A stretch of DNA of 64,000 bases from Candidatus Woykebacteria bacterium (GCA_040876265.1 JBBDPN010000002.1:236330-300329), one strand, 5' to 3'. Counted from the first letter of the stretch, positions 8,414 through 17,068 are shown. Program-made: numbers and translations. Notes: a model not told the origin generated them from the letters alone.

Positions 8414-8857
8414 ATGAAGATAACAAGCACCGCTTTTTCAGATGGTGGTCCCATCCCAGCAAAATATACTTGTGACGGCAACAACTTTAGCCCACCGCTA
8501 GAATTTTCGGAAATCCCTCCCGAAGCAAAAAGTCTGGTTTTGATTGTTGATGATCCAGACGCGCCGAGCAAAACTTGGGTACATTGGACGGCCTGGAACA
8601 TTGATCCGCAAACGGCGCAGATCGATGAAGGGCAGGTGCCACCGGGTGCAACCCAAGGAGTTACGGATTTTGGAGAAGTAGGTTATGCCGGTCCTTGCCC
8701 TCCGTCAGGGACTCACCGCTATTTTTTCAAACTCTACGCCCTTGAGACTAGTTTACAGATTCCCTATCAGGCTCAAAAAGAAGATTTAGAAAAGGCAATG
8801 GCCGATCACATAATTGCAAAAACGCAGCTAGTAGGGTTATACTCTAAGGTAGGGTAA
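8414..8857 (+). CDS. YbhB/YbcL family phosphatidylethanolamine-binding protein (PEBP/RKIP-like)
   Basis: DDPDAP...HW and GYAGPCPP..GTHRYFFKLYALD-like motifs characteristic of bacterial PEBP. Confidence 0.85.
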   Translation: MKITSTAFSDGGPIPAKYTCDGNNFSPPLEFSEIPPEAKSLVLIVDDPDAPSKTWVHWTAWNIDPQTAQIDEGQVPPGATQGVTDFGEVGYAGPCPPSGTHRYFFKLYALETSLQIPYQAQKEDLEKAMADHIIAKTQLVGLYSKVG

Positions 8858-8860
8858 ATT

Positions 8861-9112
8861 ATGCTTATAGCTTTATTCTTGACTCTTTCTCTATTGTTCT
8901 ATTGTCTAGGCATATTATTTTTCACGGCCAACGAGGTCAGAGAGCCTACCTTTGGAAAATTATACTTCTCACCATTTTATGAAAAAACTGGGGACAGTGA
9001 AAAGCTAGTGGTGCCACGAAAACTGCGGGATGATGTAAGAATTATTTTAAGTTGGTATTTTATTGTGGTTGCCGCTGTAATGCCCCTGATTTTGATTAAC
9101 AGCAACATTTAG
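8861..9112 (+). CDS. Small hypothetical membrane protein
   Basis: 83 aa with two hydrophobic helices, tightly following the PEBP gene. Confidence 0.3.
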   Translation: MLIALFLTLSLLFYCLGILFFTANEVREPTFGKLYFSPFYEKTGDSEKLVVPRKLRDDVRIILSWYFIVVAAVMPLILINSNI

Positions 9113-9175
9113 TGGTGCGCCGGTACCTCCTTTCTTTTTTCCAATAAGTTATTGTGCTAGAATTTAATTTTGATT

Positions 9176-9877
9176 ATGAAAAGCTACGATGGATTGTGGA
9201 GACTGAGCCCAAGCGGACTTTATACTTACACTGAGTGTCAGTCGTGCTTTTGGGTAGATAATCATTACCGGAAGGCCCCCATGCTTCCTCTCTTACTAAA
9301 CACAGCAATGGATAATATTCTCAAAGCTCGATATGATAAATATCGCAAAAACGGGACTTTCCCACCTGAAGCAAAAGAGCTTGAAGACGAACGGATGAGA
9401 CCATTTGAGGACATCAAGACTCTTAACGATTGGCGCGAAAATTTAAGCACCCTGAGGGTGGTGGATAAAAATGCAGGTTACGTACTTCAAGGTAAGATCG
9501 ATGATGTTCTTGTAGAAGAAGACGGCGCCCTTGTTCCTACTGATTTTAAATCCTCGGGTAATGCCCCAAGCGAAGAAAAACAGAAATATTACCGTGACCA
9601 GTTAGCTGCCTATGGATTAATGTTTAGTAAGCACGGCCACGACGTTTCAAACCGAGCGTATCTGCTTCACTATTTTGTGAGAGATAAAAACGACCCATCA
9701 TTGGAGGTGAAATTCGATAGTTTTGTAGATAAAGTGAAGATAGATTTGGGAGCTATAGAGGAGAAGCTGGGTATAATGGTCAAGTTACTGAACGGTCCTT
9801 ACCCAGGACACAATCCAAATTGTGAAAAATGTTCGTACTACGACGAGCGTGGTAAAAAAGTTAATAACTCAGGCTAG
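9176..9877 (+). CDS. PD-(D/E)xK nuclease, Cas4/RecB-like (DUF83/PDDEXK_1) with 4-Cys Fe-S cluster signature
   Basis: N-terminal CQSC, GKIDDVLVEEDGALVPTDFKSS (motifs II/III), QxxxY in YYRDQLAAYGLMF, C-terminal CEKC. Possible extended -10 (TGCTAGAAT) upstream. Confidence 0.7.
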   Translation: MKSYDGLWRLSPSGLYTYTECQSCFWVDNHYRKAPMLPLLLNTAMDNILKARYDKYRKNGTFPPEAKELEDERMRPFEDIKTLNDWRENLSTLRVVDKNAGYVLQGKIDDVLVEEDGALVPTDFKSSGNAPSEEKQKYYRDQLAAYGLMFSKHGHDVSNRAYLLHYFVRDKNDPSLEVKFDSFVDKVKIDLGAIEEKLGIMVKLLNGPYPGHNPNCEKCSYYDERGKKVNNSG

Positions 9878-9883
9878 CCATCT

Positions 9884-10183
9884 ATGCTAAATCAAGAAGG
9901 ACTATATGCTATTGTTGCTAAAATTCCCAAGGGTAAGGTGAGCACTTATGGTGCCCTGGCGCGGCTTTCTGGTATAAAAAACGCTCGTATGGTTGGTGGT
10001 TTGCTCCACAAAAACCCAGACCCACACAAAATTCCCTGTCATCGAGTAGTAAACGCAAAAGGGAAGCTTGCGGCCAACTATGCTTTTGGTGGCAGCGAGA
10101 AACAAGCTGAAAAGCTTTTCCTCGAAGGGGTCCAAGTATCTTCAGGAAAAATCGATCTACAACTTTTTCTTTGGCGTCCTTGA
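9884..10183 (+). CDS. Single-domain MGMT-family protein (O6-alkylguanine-DNA alkyltransferase DNA-binding/active-site domain only)
   Basis: 99 aa. The PCHRVV active-site motif has the Cys retained, so it is not an Atl-like variant. Helix-turn-helix segment STYGALARLSG. Confidence 0.7.
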   Translation: MLNQEGLYAIVAKIPKGKVSTYGALARLSGIKNARMVGGLLHKNPDPHKIPCHRVVNAKGKLAANYAFGGSEKQAEKLFLEGVQVSSGKIDLQLFLWRP

Positions 10184-10524
10184 TAATCTTCAACAACACC
10201 AGAAAGATTTTAATATCAGCTAAGGTGGTCGAAGCAAATACGCTGGTGGAAAAGCTGGTGGGTCTTATTGGTTCCAAGAAGCCCCGCGCAATAGTATTGA
10301 GAACACGTTTTGGTATTCACACCTTTGGTCTACGATTTCCAATAGATTGTTTAATTTTAGATCGAGAGGGAAGAGTCGTTGATATGCGTGAACAATTGTT
10401 ACCAGGAAGAATTTTTTTCTGGAGCCTGCGTTACAGCACGATAGTCGAGCTCCCAGTGGGAACTATAAGAAAATCCAAAACAAAAATTGGCGACGAGATT
10501 CAGTTCGAAAGATCTACAAACTAA
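10171..10524 (+). CDS. DUF192 (COG1430) family protein
   Basis: IHTFGLRFPIDCLILD matches the DUF192 core (M.F.iD..fld). TTG start overlaps the previous gene. Start is uncertain; GTG 10225 is also possible. Confidence 0.65.
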   Translation: MASLIIFNNTRKILISAKVVEANTLVEKLVGLIGSKKPRAIVLRTRFGIHTFGLRFPIDCLILDREGRVVDMREQLLPGRIFFWSLRYSTIVELPVGTIRKSKTKIGDEIQFERSTN

Positions 10525-10790
10525 CCGTTGTCGGGTCGCTCTTCTCGTGGTTTTGCTTCAGCGACAAAGATAGAGCGGTCGCCGATCTTACTGTCGTTTA
10601 ATTTTTCGATAGCTGCTTTAGCCTCTTCTTCAGAAGACATTTCCACAAAGCCAAAGCCTCGGCTCCTACCAGTACCTCTGTCAGTAACGACATTGGCGCT
10701 TTCGACGGTGCCTACTTCCGAGAAAATTTTGTTTAATTCCTCGTCAGTGGTGGCAAAAGGTAAACTACCTACAAAAAGCTTTTTTGCCAT
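10521..10790 (-). CDS. RNA-recognition-motif (RRM) RNA-binding protein
   Basis: RNP-2 LFVGSL and RNP-1 RGFGFVEM in an 89 aa protein. Confidence 0.85.
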   Translation of the reverse strand: MAKKLFVGSLPFATTDEELNKIFSEVGTVESANVVTDRGTGRSRGFGFVEMSSEEEAKAAIEKLNDSKIGDRSIFVAEAKPREERPDNG

Positions 10791-11191
10791 TTGGTTCCTT
10801 TCTCCCCGGCCTATCCCGAGGTCGTGCCCTCACTTACTTATTCGGTTGTAGCTAACAGGGAAAGTTAGAACTTGGGAATAAGAAGAACAAGGAGCAATAA
10901 ATTATTAACAATTTTATTTTAATGGACAAAAAAACCAACTGTCAATAAGCACAGTGAAACACGAAAATAGCTATGGGACTCAAGATTTTTAACGGGCAAG
11001 CGTATTTACTCTTACTCTAGGACTTGACAACGCTTAATATTTTTTGTATGCTTCTACGGATATTTTCACCTTCTTTGGTCGGGTCAAAGTTGCTGGACAC
11101 CCCGCTTAGCGGGATTACCGGCAACCTCCCGGCCGTTTTTGTGGTTTTCTCCCACTTGCAGCTAAAAAGTTTATCCAGTAAGCTAGTTTGT

Positions 11192-12709
11192 ATGGAAAAA
11201 GTAATACCCTCTCCCAGTGTAATTACTATCTTCGGTGCTACTGGCAATCTGACTCACACCAAACTCGTCCCGGCGCTTTATGAGCTCGAAAAGCGCGGTT
11301 TCCTACCAGATAAGTTGATTATTTTAGGAGCGGCGCGGAAAAACCTATCAACGAAAGAGTTTATTGGTGGGTTACTTTCCTCACTGCAAAAAACTTCTGA
11401 GAGTGTTATTGACAGAAAAATTTGGGATAAATTTAGCAAAAGACTAGACTTTTACTGCATCGATTTTAATAAAGAAGCAGAATTTGTCGAGGTAAAAAAT
11501 AAGCTGGATAAAATTGAAAAAGACTGGCGTATGTGTTTTAGCCGCATTTTTTACCTAGCGACAGCGCCAAGTTTTTTCCCGGTTATTTTTGAAGCAGCCA
11601 AAAAGTACAAACTAAATATTGGCTGTGACCACCACAAAAATCCAGCCCGTATTGTAATCGAAAAACCTTTCGGCGCAGACCTAAAGACTGCCGGGCAACT
11701 GAACCACAAGCTCGACCAGGTCTTTTCCGAAGAGCAAATTTATCGGATAGATCATTATTTGGCCAAGGAAAGCGTCCAAAATATTTTGGCTTTCCGGTTT
11801 GCCAACGAAATATTTGAGCCAATCTTAAATAAAAATTTTGTAGATCATATCCAGATTGTGATGGCCGAAGAAGCCGGGATAGGCAGCCGGGGTGGTTACT
11901 ACGAAGAAGCCGGAGCTCTACGCGATATTATCCAAAACCATCTGCTTCAGCTCCTCGCCGTTACCACCATGCGTGAACCAAAAAGATTTGACGCTGCTAG
12001 CATCCGAGCCGAAAAGGTCCAATTGTTAAAGGATATTCGTCCGATCGCTCCGAGGCAGGTGAGTACCTACGTTGTGCGCGGCCAATATGGAAAAGGGGAA
12101 GAGGCGGTTTCTTACCGCGATGAGGAAAAAGTAGCTACCGATTCCGCGATTGAAACTTTTGTCGCTCTGAAACTTTCAATCGATAATGATAATTGGCGAG
12201 GAGTCCCTATCTACCTAAAAACAGGCAAGAGACTGGCGAAAAAACTCGCCAGCATCTCCATCCAGTTTAAAGAAGTCGGCCATGCTCTATTTGAAAATTT
12301 GACAAAAAAACCCTCGCCAAACCTGCTTACCTTTCAGATTCAGCCTGATGAAGGTATCGGTATTCGGCTGACCGCCAAAAAGCCCGGCTTAAAAATGGAA
12401 GTGTCCGATGTGAATATGGAATTTTGTTATGCAGCTGCTTTTCGTGAGCCGCTGCCGGAGGCATACGAGAGGCTCTTGCTGGATATCATGCTGGGAGACC
12501 AGACTCTTTTTCCTCATGTGGACGAGGTGCTACACAGCTGGGAAATAGTCGACAATATCCTTAAAGGTTGGCAAGAGGAACCAACACCGAAATTTCCAAA
12601 TTACGCTGCCGGAAGCTGGGGACCCAAAGAGGCAGATGCACTGATCGAAAAAGATGGTCGTCGTTGGCTAGCTCACGAACTTTCTGTCTGCCAGATCCAT
12701 TTCCGCTAA
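11192..12709 (+). CDS. zwf: Glucose-6-phosphate 1-dehydrogenase
   Basis: IFGATGNL(T) NADP-binding motif, EKPFG, RIDHYLAKE active-site motif. True ATG at 11192; the ORF-track 11024 start is an upstream extension. Confidence 0.9.
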   Translation: MEKVIPSPSVITIFGATGNLTHTKLVPALYELEKRGFLPDKLIILGAARKNLSTKEFIGGLLSSLQKTSESVIDRKIWDKFSKRLDFYCIDFNKEAEFVEVKNKLDKIEKDWRMCFSRIFYLATAPSFFPVIFEAAKKYKLNIGCDHHKNPARIVIEKPFGADLKTAGQLNHKLDQVFSEEQIYRIDHYLAKESVQNILAFRFANEIFEPILNKNFVDHIQIVMAEEAGIGSRGGYYEEAGALRDIIQNHLLQLLAVTTMREPKRFDAASIRAEKVQLLKDIRPIAPRQVSTYVVRGQYGKGEEAVSYRDEEKVATDSAIETFVALKLSIDNDNWRGVPIYLKTGKRLAKKLASISIQFKEVGHALFENLTKKPSPNLLTFQIQPDEGIGIRLTAKKPGLKMEVSDVNMEFCYAAAFREPLPEAYERLLLDIMLGDQTLFPHVDEVLHSWEIVDNILKGWQEEPTPKFPNYAAGSWGPKEADALIEKDGRRWLAHELSVCQIHFR

Positions 12710-12754
12710 GAATTATACAAATACAAGATAATCTCCTATACTTAAATTAGTAAT

Positions 12755-12943
12755 ATGGAGAATAGAGTTACGGGTTTACTAATTGTCTTCTTTGTGGCGT
12801 TGGTATTTTTGGCTTCGGCAATGACGGTAAAAAAATATATCTTTGAAAGTAATCTCACCTTCCAAGTACAACAATATGAGCAAACCGCCCAAAACTTAGA
12901 GCAAAATCTCCAAAAAATAGAACAAGAGAAAAAGAATTTCTGA
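12755..12943 (+). CDS. Small hypothetical membrane-anchored coiled-coil protein
   Basis: 62 aa with one TM and a Q/E-rich tail. Weak support. Confidence 0.3.
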   Translation: MENRVTGLLIVFFVALVFLASAMTVKKYIFESNLTFQVQQYEQTAQNLEQNLQKIEQEKKNF

Positions 12944-13002
12944 AAAGTCGAAGCCTCACCAGGGAAACCGGTGAGGATTGTTGTTGTCGAGAGAGGGACA
13001 GG

Positions 13003-13317
13003 TTAGGTCATTGTTCGGTTGTGTATCCGGGCGATGCGCCAGAGGTTCACGATGCCGACCAGGGCCAGAAGAACCGCCGCGACCATCCAGGTTGCGACTA
13101 CGATGTCTAGCTGGTGGCTTCCGAGCTTCGGGATGATCTCTGGGTAGACTATCACCGCGGACCCGATTACCATGACCGAAGCCACCCAGTTGAACCAGAG
13201 CGCTACCGGACCCTTGTTTATGAGCGCCTGCAGCACCGTGGCTTGGAGCATCACGAAGCCTGCGAACCAGACCATCGCGAACATGTAGACCTCTCCCGGA
13301 CTGAGATTGTAATCCAT
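13003..13317 (-). CDS. Hypothetical 3-TM membrane protein encoded in a GC-rich (about 58%) patch
   Basis: Clear hydrophobic helices. Local GC is well above the roughly 42% background. Competing overlapping ORFs (12956..13366 -, 13114..13545 +) translate to low-complexity R/G/H-rich sequence. Confidence 0.45.
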   Translation of the reverse strand: MDYNLSPGEVYMFAMVWFAGFVMLQATVLQALINKGPVALWFNWVASVMVIGSAVIVYPEIIPKLGSHQLDIVVATWMVAAVLLALVGIVNLWRIARIHNRTMT

Positions 13318-13426
13318 GACTCACCTCCTTCTTCCAGCTTCTTTCTGTTTGAGCAGATAATAACATATTTTGTGTCGGGTTCCAAACTCTCGTTTTTTAG
13401 CCGTAAATATGCTAAAGTTGGTGTCC

Positions 13427-13975
13427 ATGAACAAAAAGATTTTGATTCCGGGTCTGTTGATGATAATTGTTTTGGTTGCCGCCGCTTTTGTATGGTTTGG
13501 CAGGAAACAAACTACCGACACCAAGCCTTCAGTCTCAAATTTTGATGAGTGTGCCGCCGCCGGCTATTCGGTATTGGAAAGCTATCCTGCGCGATGTGTA
13601 ACGCCTGATGGTAAATCTTTCACCCAAGATATTGGTAATGAACTGGAAAAGCGAGATTTGATCAAAATCGAAAATCCTCGGCCCAACGCAACTATCAAAA
13701 GCCCGCTAACCATCAAAGGTAAAGCTCGGGGTAGCTGGTTTTTCGAGGCTTCATTTCCAATCAAAATTTATGATGGCAACGGTAAACTTTTGGGAACTGC
13801 CGCCGCTCAAGCTCAAGGGGAGTGGATGAGCAGCGAATTTGTAGATTTTATAGCTACTCTAGAGTTTGAGAAGCCAAAAACAAGTAAAGGAGAGCTGATT
13901 TTAGAAAAAGATAATCCTTCTGGACTTGACGAAAACGATGATCAACTAAAAATTCCCGTGACTTTCCAACAGTAA
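13427..13975 (+). CDS. Membrane-anchored protein with Gmad2-like immunoglobulin-like domain
   Basis: N-terminal TM (ILIPGLLMIIVLVAAAFVWF). C-terminal KSPLTIKGKARGSWFFEASFPIKIYDGNGKLLGTAAAQAQGEWMSSEFVDF...LILEKDNPSGLDENDDQLKIPV resembles Gmad2 (GerM-associated) domains. Confidence 0.55.
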   Translation: MNKKILIPGLLMIIVLVAAAFVWFGRKQTTDTKPSVSNFDECAAAGYSVLESYPARCVTPDGKSFTQDIGNELEKRDLIKIENPRPNATIKSPLTIKGKARGSWFFEASFPIKIYDGNGKLLGTAAAQAQGEWMSSEFVDFIATLEFEKPKTSKGELILEKDNPSGLDENDDQLKIPVTFQQ

Positions 13976-13986
13976 GCCTACTGTTT

Positions 13987-14325
13987 ATGGCGAAAGATAA
14001 TTCTTTTCATGACTACGTGATGAGTGAAGTTTTCCGGGATATACCAGGTGTTACTTCGCGGCATATGTTTGGCGACTGGGGTCTTTACAAGGATGGTATT
14101 TTCTTTGCACTCATTGCTGACGGTAGGCTTTATTTCAAGGTGGGTGAAAACAACAAAACTGACTTTGAAAAAGCCGGAAGCGAGCCCTTTGAATACACCG
14201 CCAAAGGAAAGAAAATCAAATTGAACTACTACGAACTTCCTGCCGAGGTAATGGAGGATCCAGACCAGATAGTATCCTGGATCGAAAAATCTGTTACCGT
14301 CGCCAAAAACGCTAAAAAAGCCTAG
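13987..14325 (+). CDS. TfoX/Sxy N-terminal domain protein
   Basis: RHMFGDWGLYKDGIFFALIADGRLYFKV fits the TfoX_N core (R.MFG..glY..g..Fa.i.d..LYlK). Confidence 0.6.
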   Translation: MAKDNSFHDYVMSEVFRDIPGVTSRHMFGDWGLYKDGIFFALIADGRLYFKVGENNKTDFEKAGSEPFEYTAKGKKIKLNYYELPAEVMEDPDQIVSWIEKSVTVAKNAKKA

Positions 14326-14373
14326 GTGCAAAATAGCCGATATCTGGCGCCTTTTTTAATTTATAATTAAACA

Positions 14374-15237
14374 ATGAACAGATTTGTACTCGTATTACTC
14401 ACTGGTCTTGCTTTTGGTACCTCGGTAGTGATAACAAGATTTGCTATTAGCGAAATCCCACCGCTTCCACAGGTGGGCTTCCGCTTACTTATTGCTTCGC
14501 TAGCTTTTCTCTTCACCTTCTTTATCCTTAAAGGAAAACCCCCATCTCAGGGAAGGCAAAGACTGGATATAGCTTTGATAGGTGTTTTTGGTGCGGCGGT
14601 GCCACTGCTTACTTTGACTACTGCTTTGCAATTTGTTTCTAGCGGTATGCTTACGATTTTTATTGCGATGAGTCCTCTTGCCACAGCTCTTGTAGCTCAT
14701 TTTTTACTTTCGGATGAGAGGCTGAAAGCGGCTAAAATAATCGGGCTGCTTCTGGCTACAAGTGGGGTACTGTTTCTCATTTTTACCAATACTTCTGGGA
14801 TACCAAAAGTCACCTTGGATATCCGTGGGCCGCTGCTTTCCCTTATTGGGGTGGTAGCCATTGCTTTTTCTACCGTTTATACCCGGGCGCGTCTAAAAGA
14901 AGTACGGCCTTTGGTTGTAAGTACTTGGCAAACTTTGGCAGGTGCTTTAGTAGTGGCCCCATTTGCCTTTTGGTTGGTGAGACCAGATCTTTCGCTGGTG
15001 ACTTGGAAAGGTTGGCTGGCGGTGACTTATAATGGTTTGGTCGGATCATTTATTGCTTTTTGGCTTACCTTTACCATCATCAAAAGATACGGAGCAACTT
15101 CTTCAGTTTTACCTACCTACCTGATGCCGGCGGTGGCGGGGATATTTGGTACGGTTTTACTGGGAGAGCTAATCACTTTCCCGTTGCTCATCGGAGCGGT
15201 TATCATACTGGCCGGTGTCTTTTTAGCCAAGAAGTAG
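14374..15237 (+). CDS. EamA/DMT-superfamily transporter (10 TM)
   Basis: Two EamA-like 5-TM halves. 287 aa, wholly hydrophobic. Confidence 0.8.
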   Translation: MNRFVLVLLTGLAFGTSVVITRFAISEIPPLPQVGFRLLIASLAFLFTFFILKGKPPSQGRQRLDIALIGVFGAAVPLLTLTTALQFVSSGMLTIFIAMSPLATALVAHFLLSDERLKAAKIIGLLLATSGVLFLIFTNTSGIPKVTLDIRGPLLSLIGVVAIAFSTVYTRARLKEVRPLVVSTWQTLAGALVVAPFAFWLVRPDLSLVTWKGWLAVTYNGLVGSFIAFWLTFTIIKRYGATSSVLPTYLMPAVAGIFGTVLLGELITFPLLIGAVIILAGVFLAKK

Positions 15238-16369
15238 AAAACAAATAAGTCAGAAGTTTGGATCGCCGCGAACTTAAGAGCTATGTAGGCTGGTGAGCCA
15301 ATTGATGAAAGGTAGGCGGTGCTTTTCAATTGATAAATTATCCAGAGCGATATTTTTCTTTGAGGCAAAATCGGATATTGATTGAAAATTTGCAGTTAGG
15401 TCCAAATCGAGGATGTGAGCGTTATGAAATTCGATAAAGTCCTTTATATTTTCGGTCACTACCTCCATTGTACCTCATTAATTTAGATAAGCAATGGATC
15501 AATAAATAACTCCCACCTTGCTAAATATTATCGGTTCTGTTAGTATTAGATCGAATCCAAAAAAGGACAACCCTTCGGGGCTGTTTTTTGTTGGGGATAA
15601 ATAAGTGTGAAGTAGTGAAGGGAGACAGAGTGACAAACGCAAATGGTGGTGAGCCCCAGGCTATCAAGTACGCTGGTACAGTGGTTTCGGTGGAGACAGC
15701 CGGCAAACTCTTGTCCGTGCAACAGCGAATCCAGGGACGTGTTGGCAAAACCATGCTCCCGATCGAGGCTCTTCCCCTTGGTAATTCCTACTGCCTGTAC
15801 TGCACCGCTCCTTGCTTTGTCCTCCCGGAGAAAGGTGTCTCACCAGATCTGCCGGATTTCTGCACTGGTTGCGACGATCTCTTCGCGATGGGAGTGTTGT
15901 AGAGAGAAAAAGGAGAGGTGAAAAGGGACCTCCCGGCTTTTGAGAAGTAAAAGCTTGGGAAGTTCGGGTGATACACTTCGTGTCGTTGCATCTTTGTAAC
16001 GGCACGCTTCCCTCTTTCAATCCGCCAAAATTCGCTTTCCATCTTCAAATCCCCAAAACTTTTAGCCCACGTTAGTGGTCGCAGAGCGCGAAGTGGTCTT
16101 TACTGAGTAAATCGAAGGATTGCTTTCCAGCCTCAATTAGCTTGTGCTGAACGTAGAGAAGTAGTAAAAGCCTCTTGCTTATTCAGGTAATTTATCCTGA
16201 GCTAAAAAATAGTGAAGGAGCCTACCTAGTTTAACCTAGAAAAAGTAACCCAAACAGTCATGGAGTTTGCTTTTCTTTCTCCAACCAACCATAATTAACC
16301 AATATGGCTCATTCCCAAGGTAAACAAAGACGCGAAATCAAAAAACCAAAGCAAAGCAAAAAGAAATAA

Positions 16370-16525
16370 ATGACGAGCGAAGTAAGATGTCCTTATTGCA
16401 ATAGTAGAGATTTATCCGTAATCCCTACTCCTGGTGATACTGCACCCACCTCCATCACCTACAAATGCCAAATGTGCCACCGCACTTTTAGTAAATCCTC
16501 TTCTGAGGAAAGTAAAGAGGGGTAG
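16370..16525 (+). CDS. Small zinc-ribbon protein (51 aa), not in ORF track
   Basis: MTSEVRCPYCNSRDLSVIPTPGDTAPTSITYKCQMCHRTF... has CPYC...CQMC. Preceded by an overlapping 21-aa ultra-basic mini-ORF (MAHSQGKQRREIKKPKQSKKK, ATAAATG junction). Confidence 0.4.
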   Translation: MTSEVRCPYCNSRDLSVIPTPGDTAPTSITYKCQMCHRTFSKSSSEESKEG

Positions 16526-16585
16526 AAACTCCCTTGGCGCTTAGAAATAGAAGAAATTATCAAAAGATGGTACACTAAAATTTAG

Positions 16586-17068
16586 ATGGGAAATTTTTTC
16601 AAAAAATACTGGTGGGTACTTGTCATCATCATTTTTCTTCTTATCCTTATAATTATATGGCTTCTCTTTCTTGGTAAAGAAAAGAAAGAGTCAGAAGTAA
16701 CTGCACCGCAGTCCACTCAAAGTACCGAAGCCACAAAATCAACCATACCCAGCAGTCAAATCACTCAAAACGAGAGTGATGAGGATCTACTGAAAAAAGC
16801 CGTTTCGGAAAAGACAGGGATAGCTCTAGATATAATAGTGGTTGATGTTTCCACAAACACCGGTAAATACGCCAAGGGACTGGTAACCTCCAAAGGAGAA
16901 ACGGTCGGTGGTGGTTATTGGCTCGCCGTGAAAGAGAATGGCAAATGGACCGTGGTTTTTGACGGACAAAGCACCCCAGAATGTTCCCTAGTGGATCCTC
17001 CAGGTTTCCCCGCCAGCATGGTGCCAGAGTGTTTTGACTCTTCCGGAAATATAGTAACCAGGACATAA
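16586..17068 (+). CDS. Hypothetical membrane-anchored extracytoplasmic protein
   Basis: N-terminal TM (WWVLVIIIFLLILIIIWLLFL), S/T-rich linker, and a globular domain with 2 Cys pairs. Confidence 0.5.
   Translation: MGNFFKKYWWVLVIIIFLLILIIIWLLFLGKEKKESEVTAPQSTQSTEATKSTIPSSQITQNESDEDLLKKAVSEKTGIALDIIVVDVSTNTGKYAKGLVTSKGETVGGGYWLAVKENGKWTVVFDGQSTPECSLVDPPGFPASMVPECFDSSGNIVTRT

Noticed and set aside
10528-10851. Plus-strand 107 aa ORF
   Set aside because: Entirely antisense to the well-supported RRM gene. S/P-rich low-complexity translation.
11017-11247. Minus-strand ORF and 5' extension of the zwf ORF (11024-11191)
   Set aside because: G6PDH homology starts at the ATG at 11192 (MEKVIPSPSVITIFGATGNL). 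The upstream residues lack similarity, and the minus ORF is antisense to it.
13114-13545. Plus-strand ORF and 12956..13366 minus ORF in the GC-rich patch
   Set aside because: R/H/G-rich translations typical of spurious frames in GC-rich DNA. The overlapping 3-TM membrane ORF is more protein-like.
15521-16048. Five mutually overlapping ORFs (15521-15754 -, 15588-15902 +, 15643-15921 +, 15664-16020 -, 15788-16048 -)
   Set aside because: No domain signatures and mutually exclusive. Treated collectively as an unexplained region rather than called as genes.
15240-16370. tRNA or tmRNA in the dark region
   Set aside because: No GGTTCGANTCC-type T-loop with a matching acceptor stem found by eye. 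An Infernal scan is still recommended.
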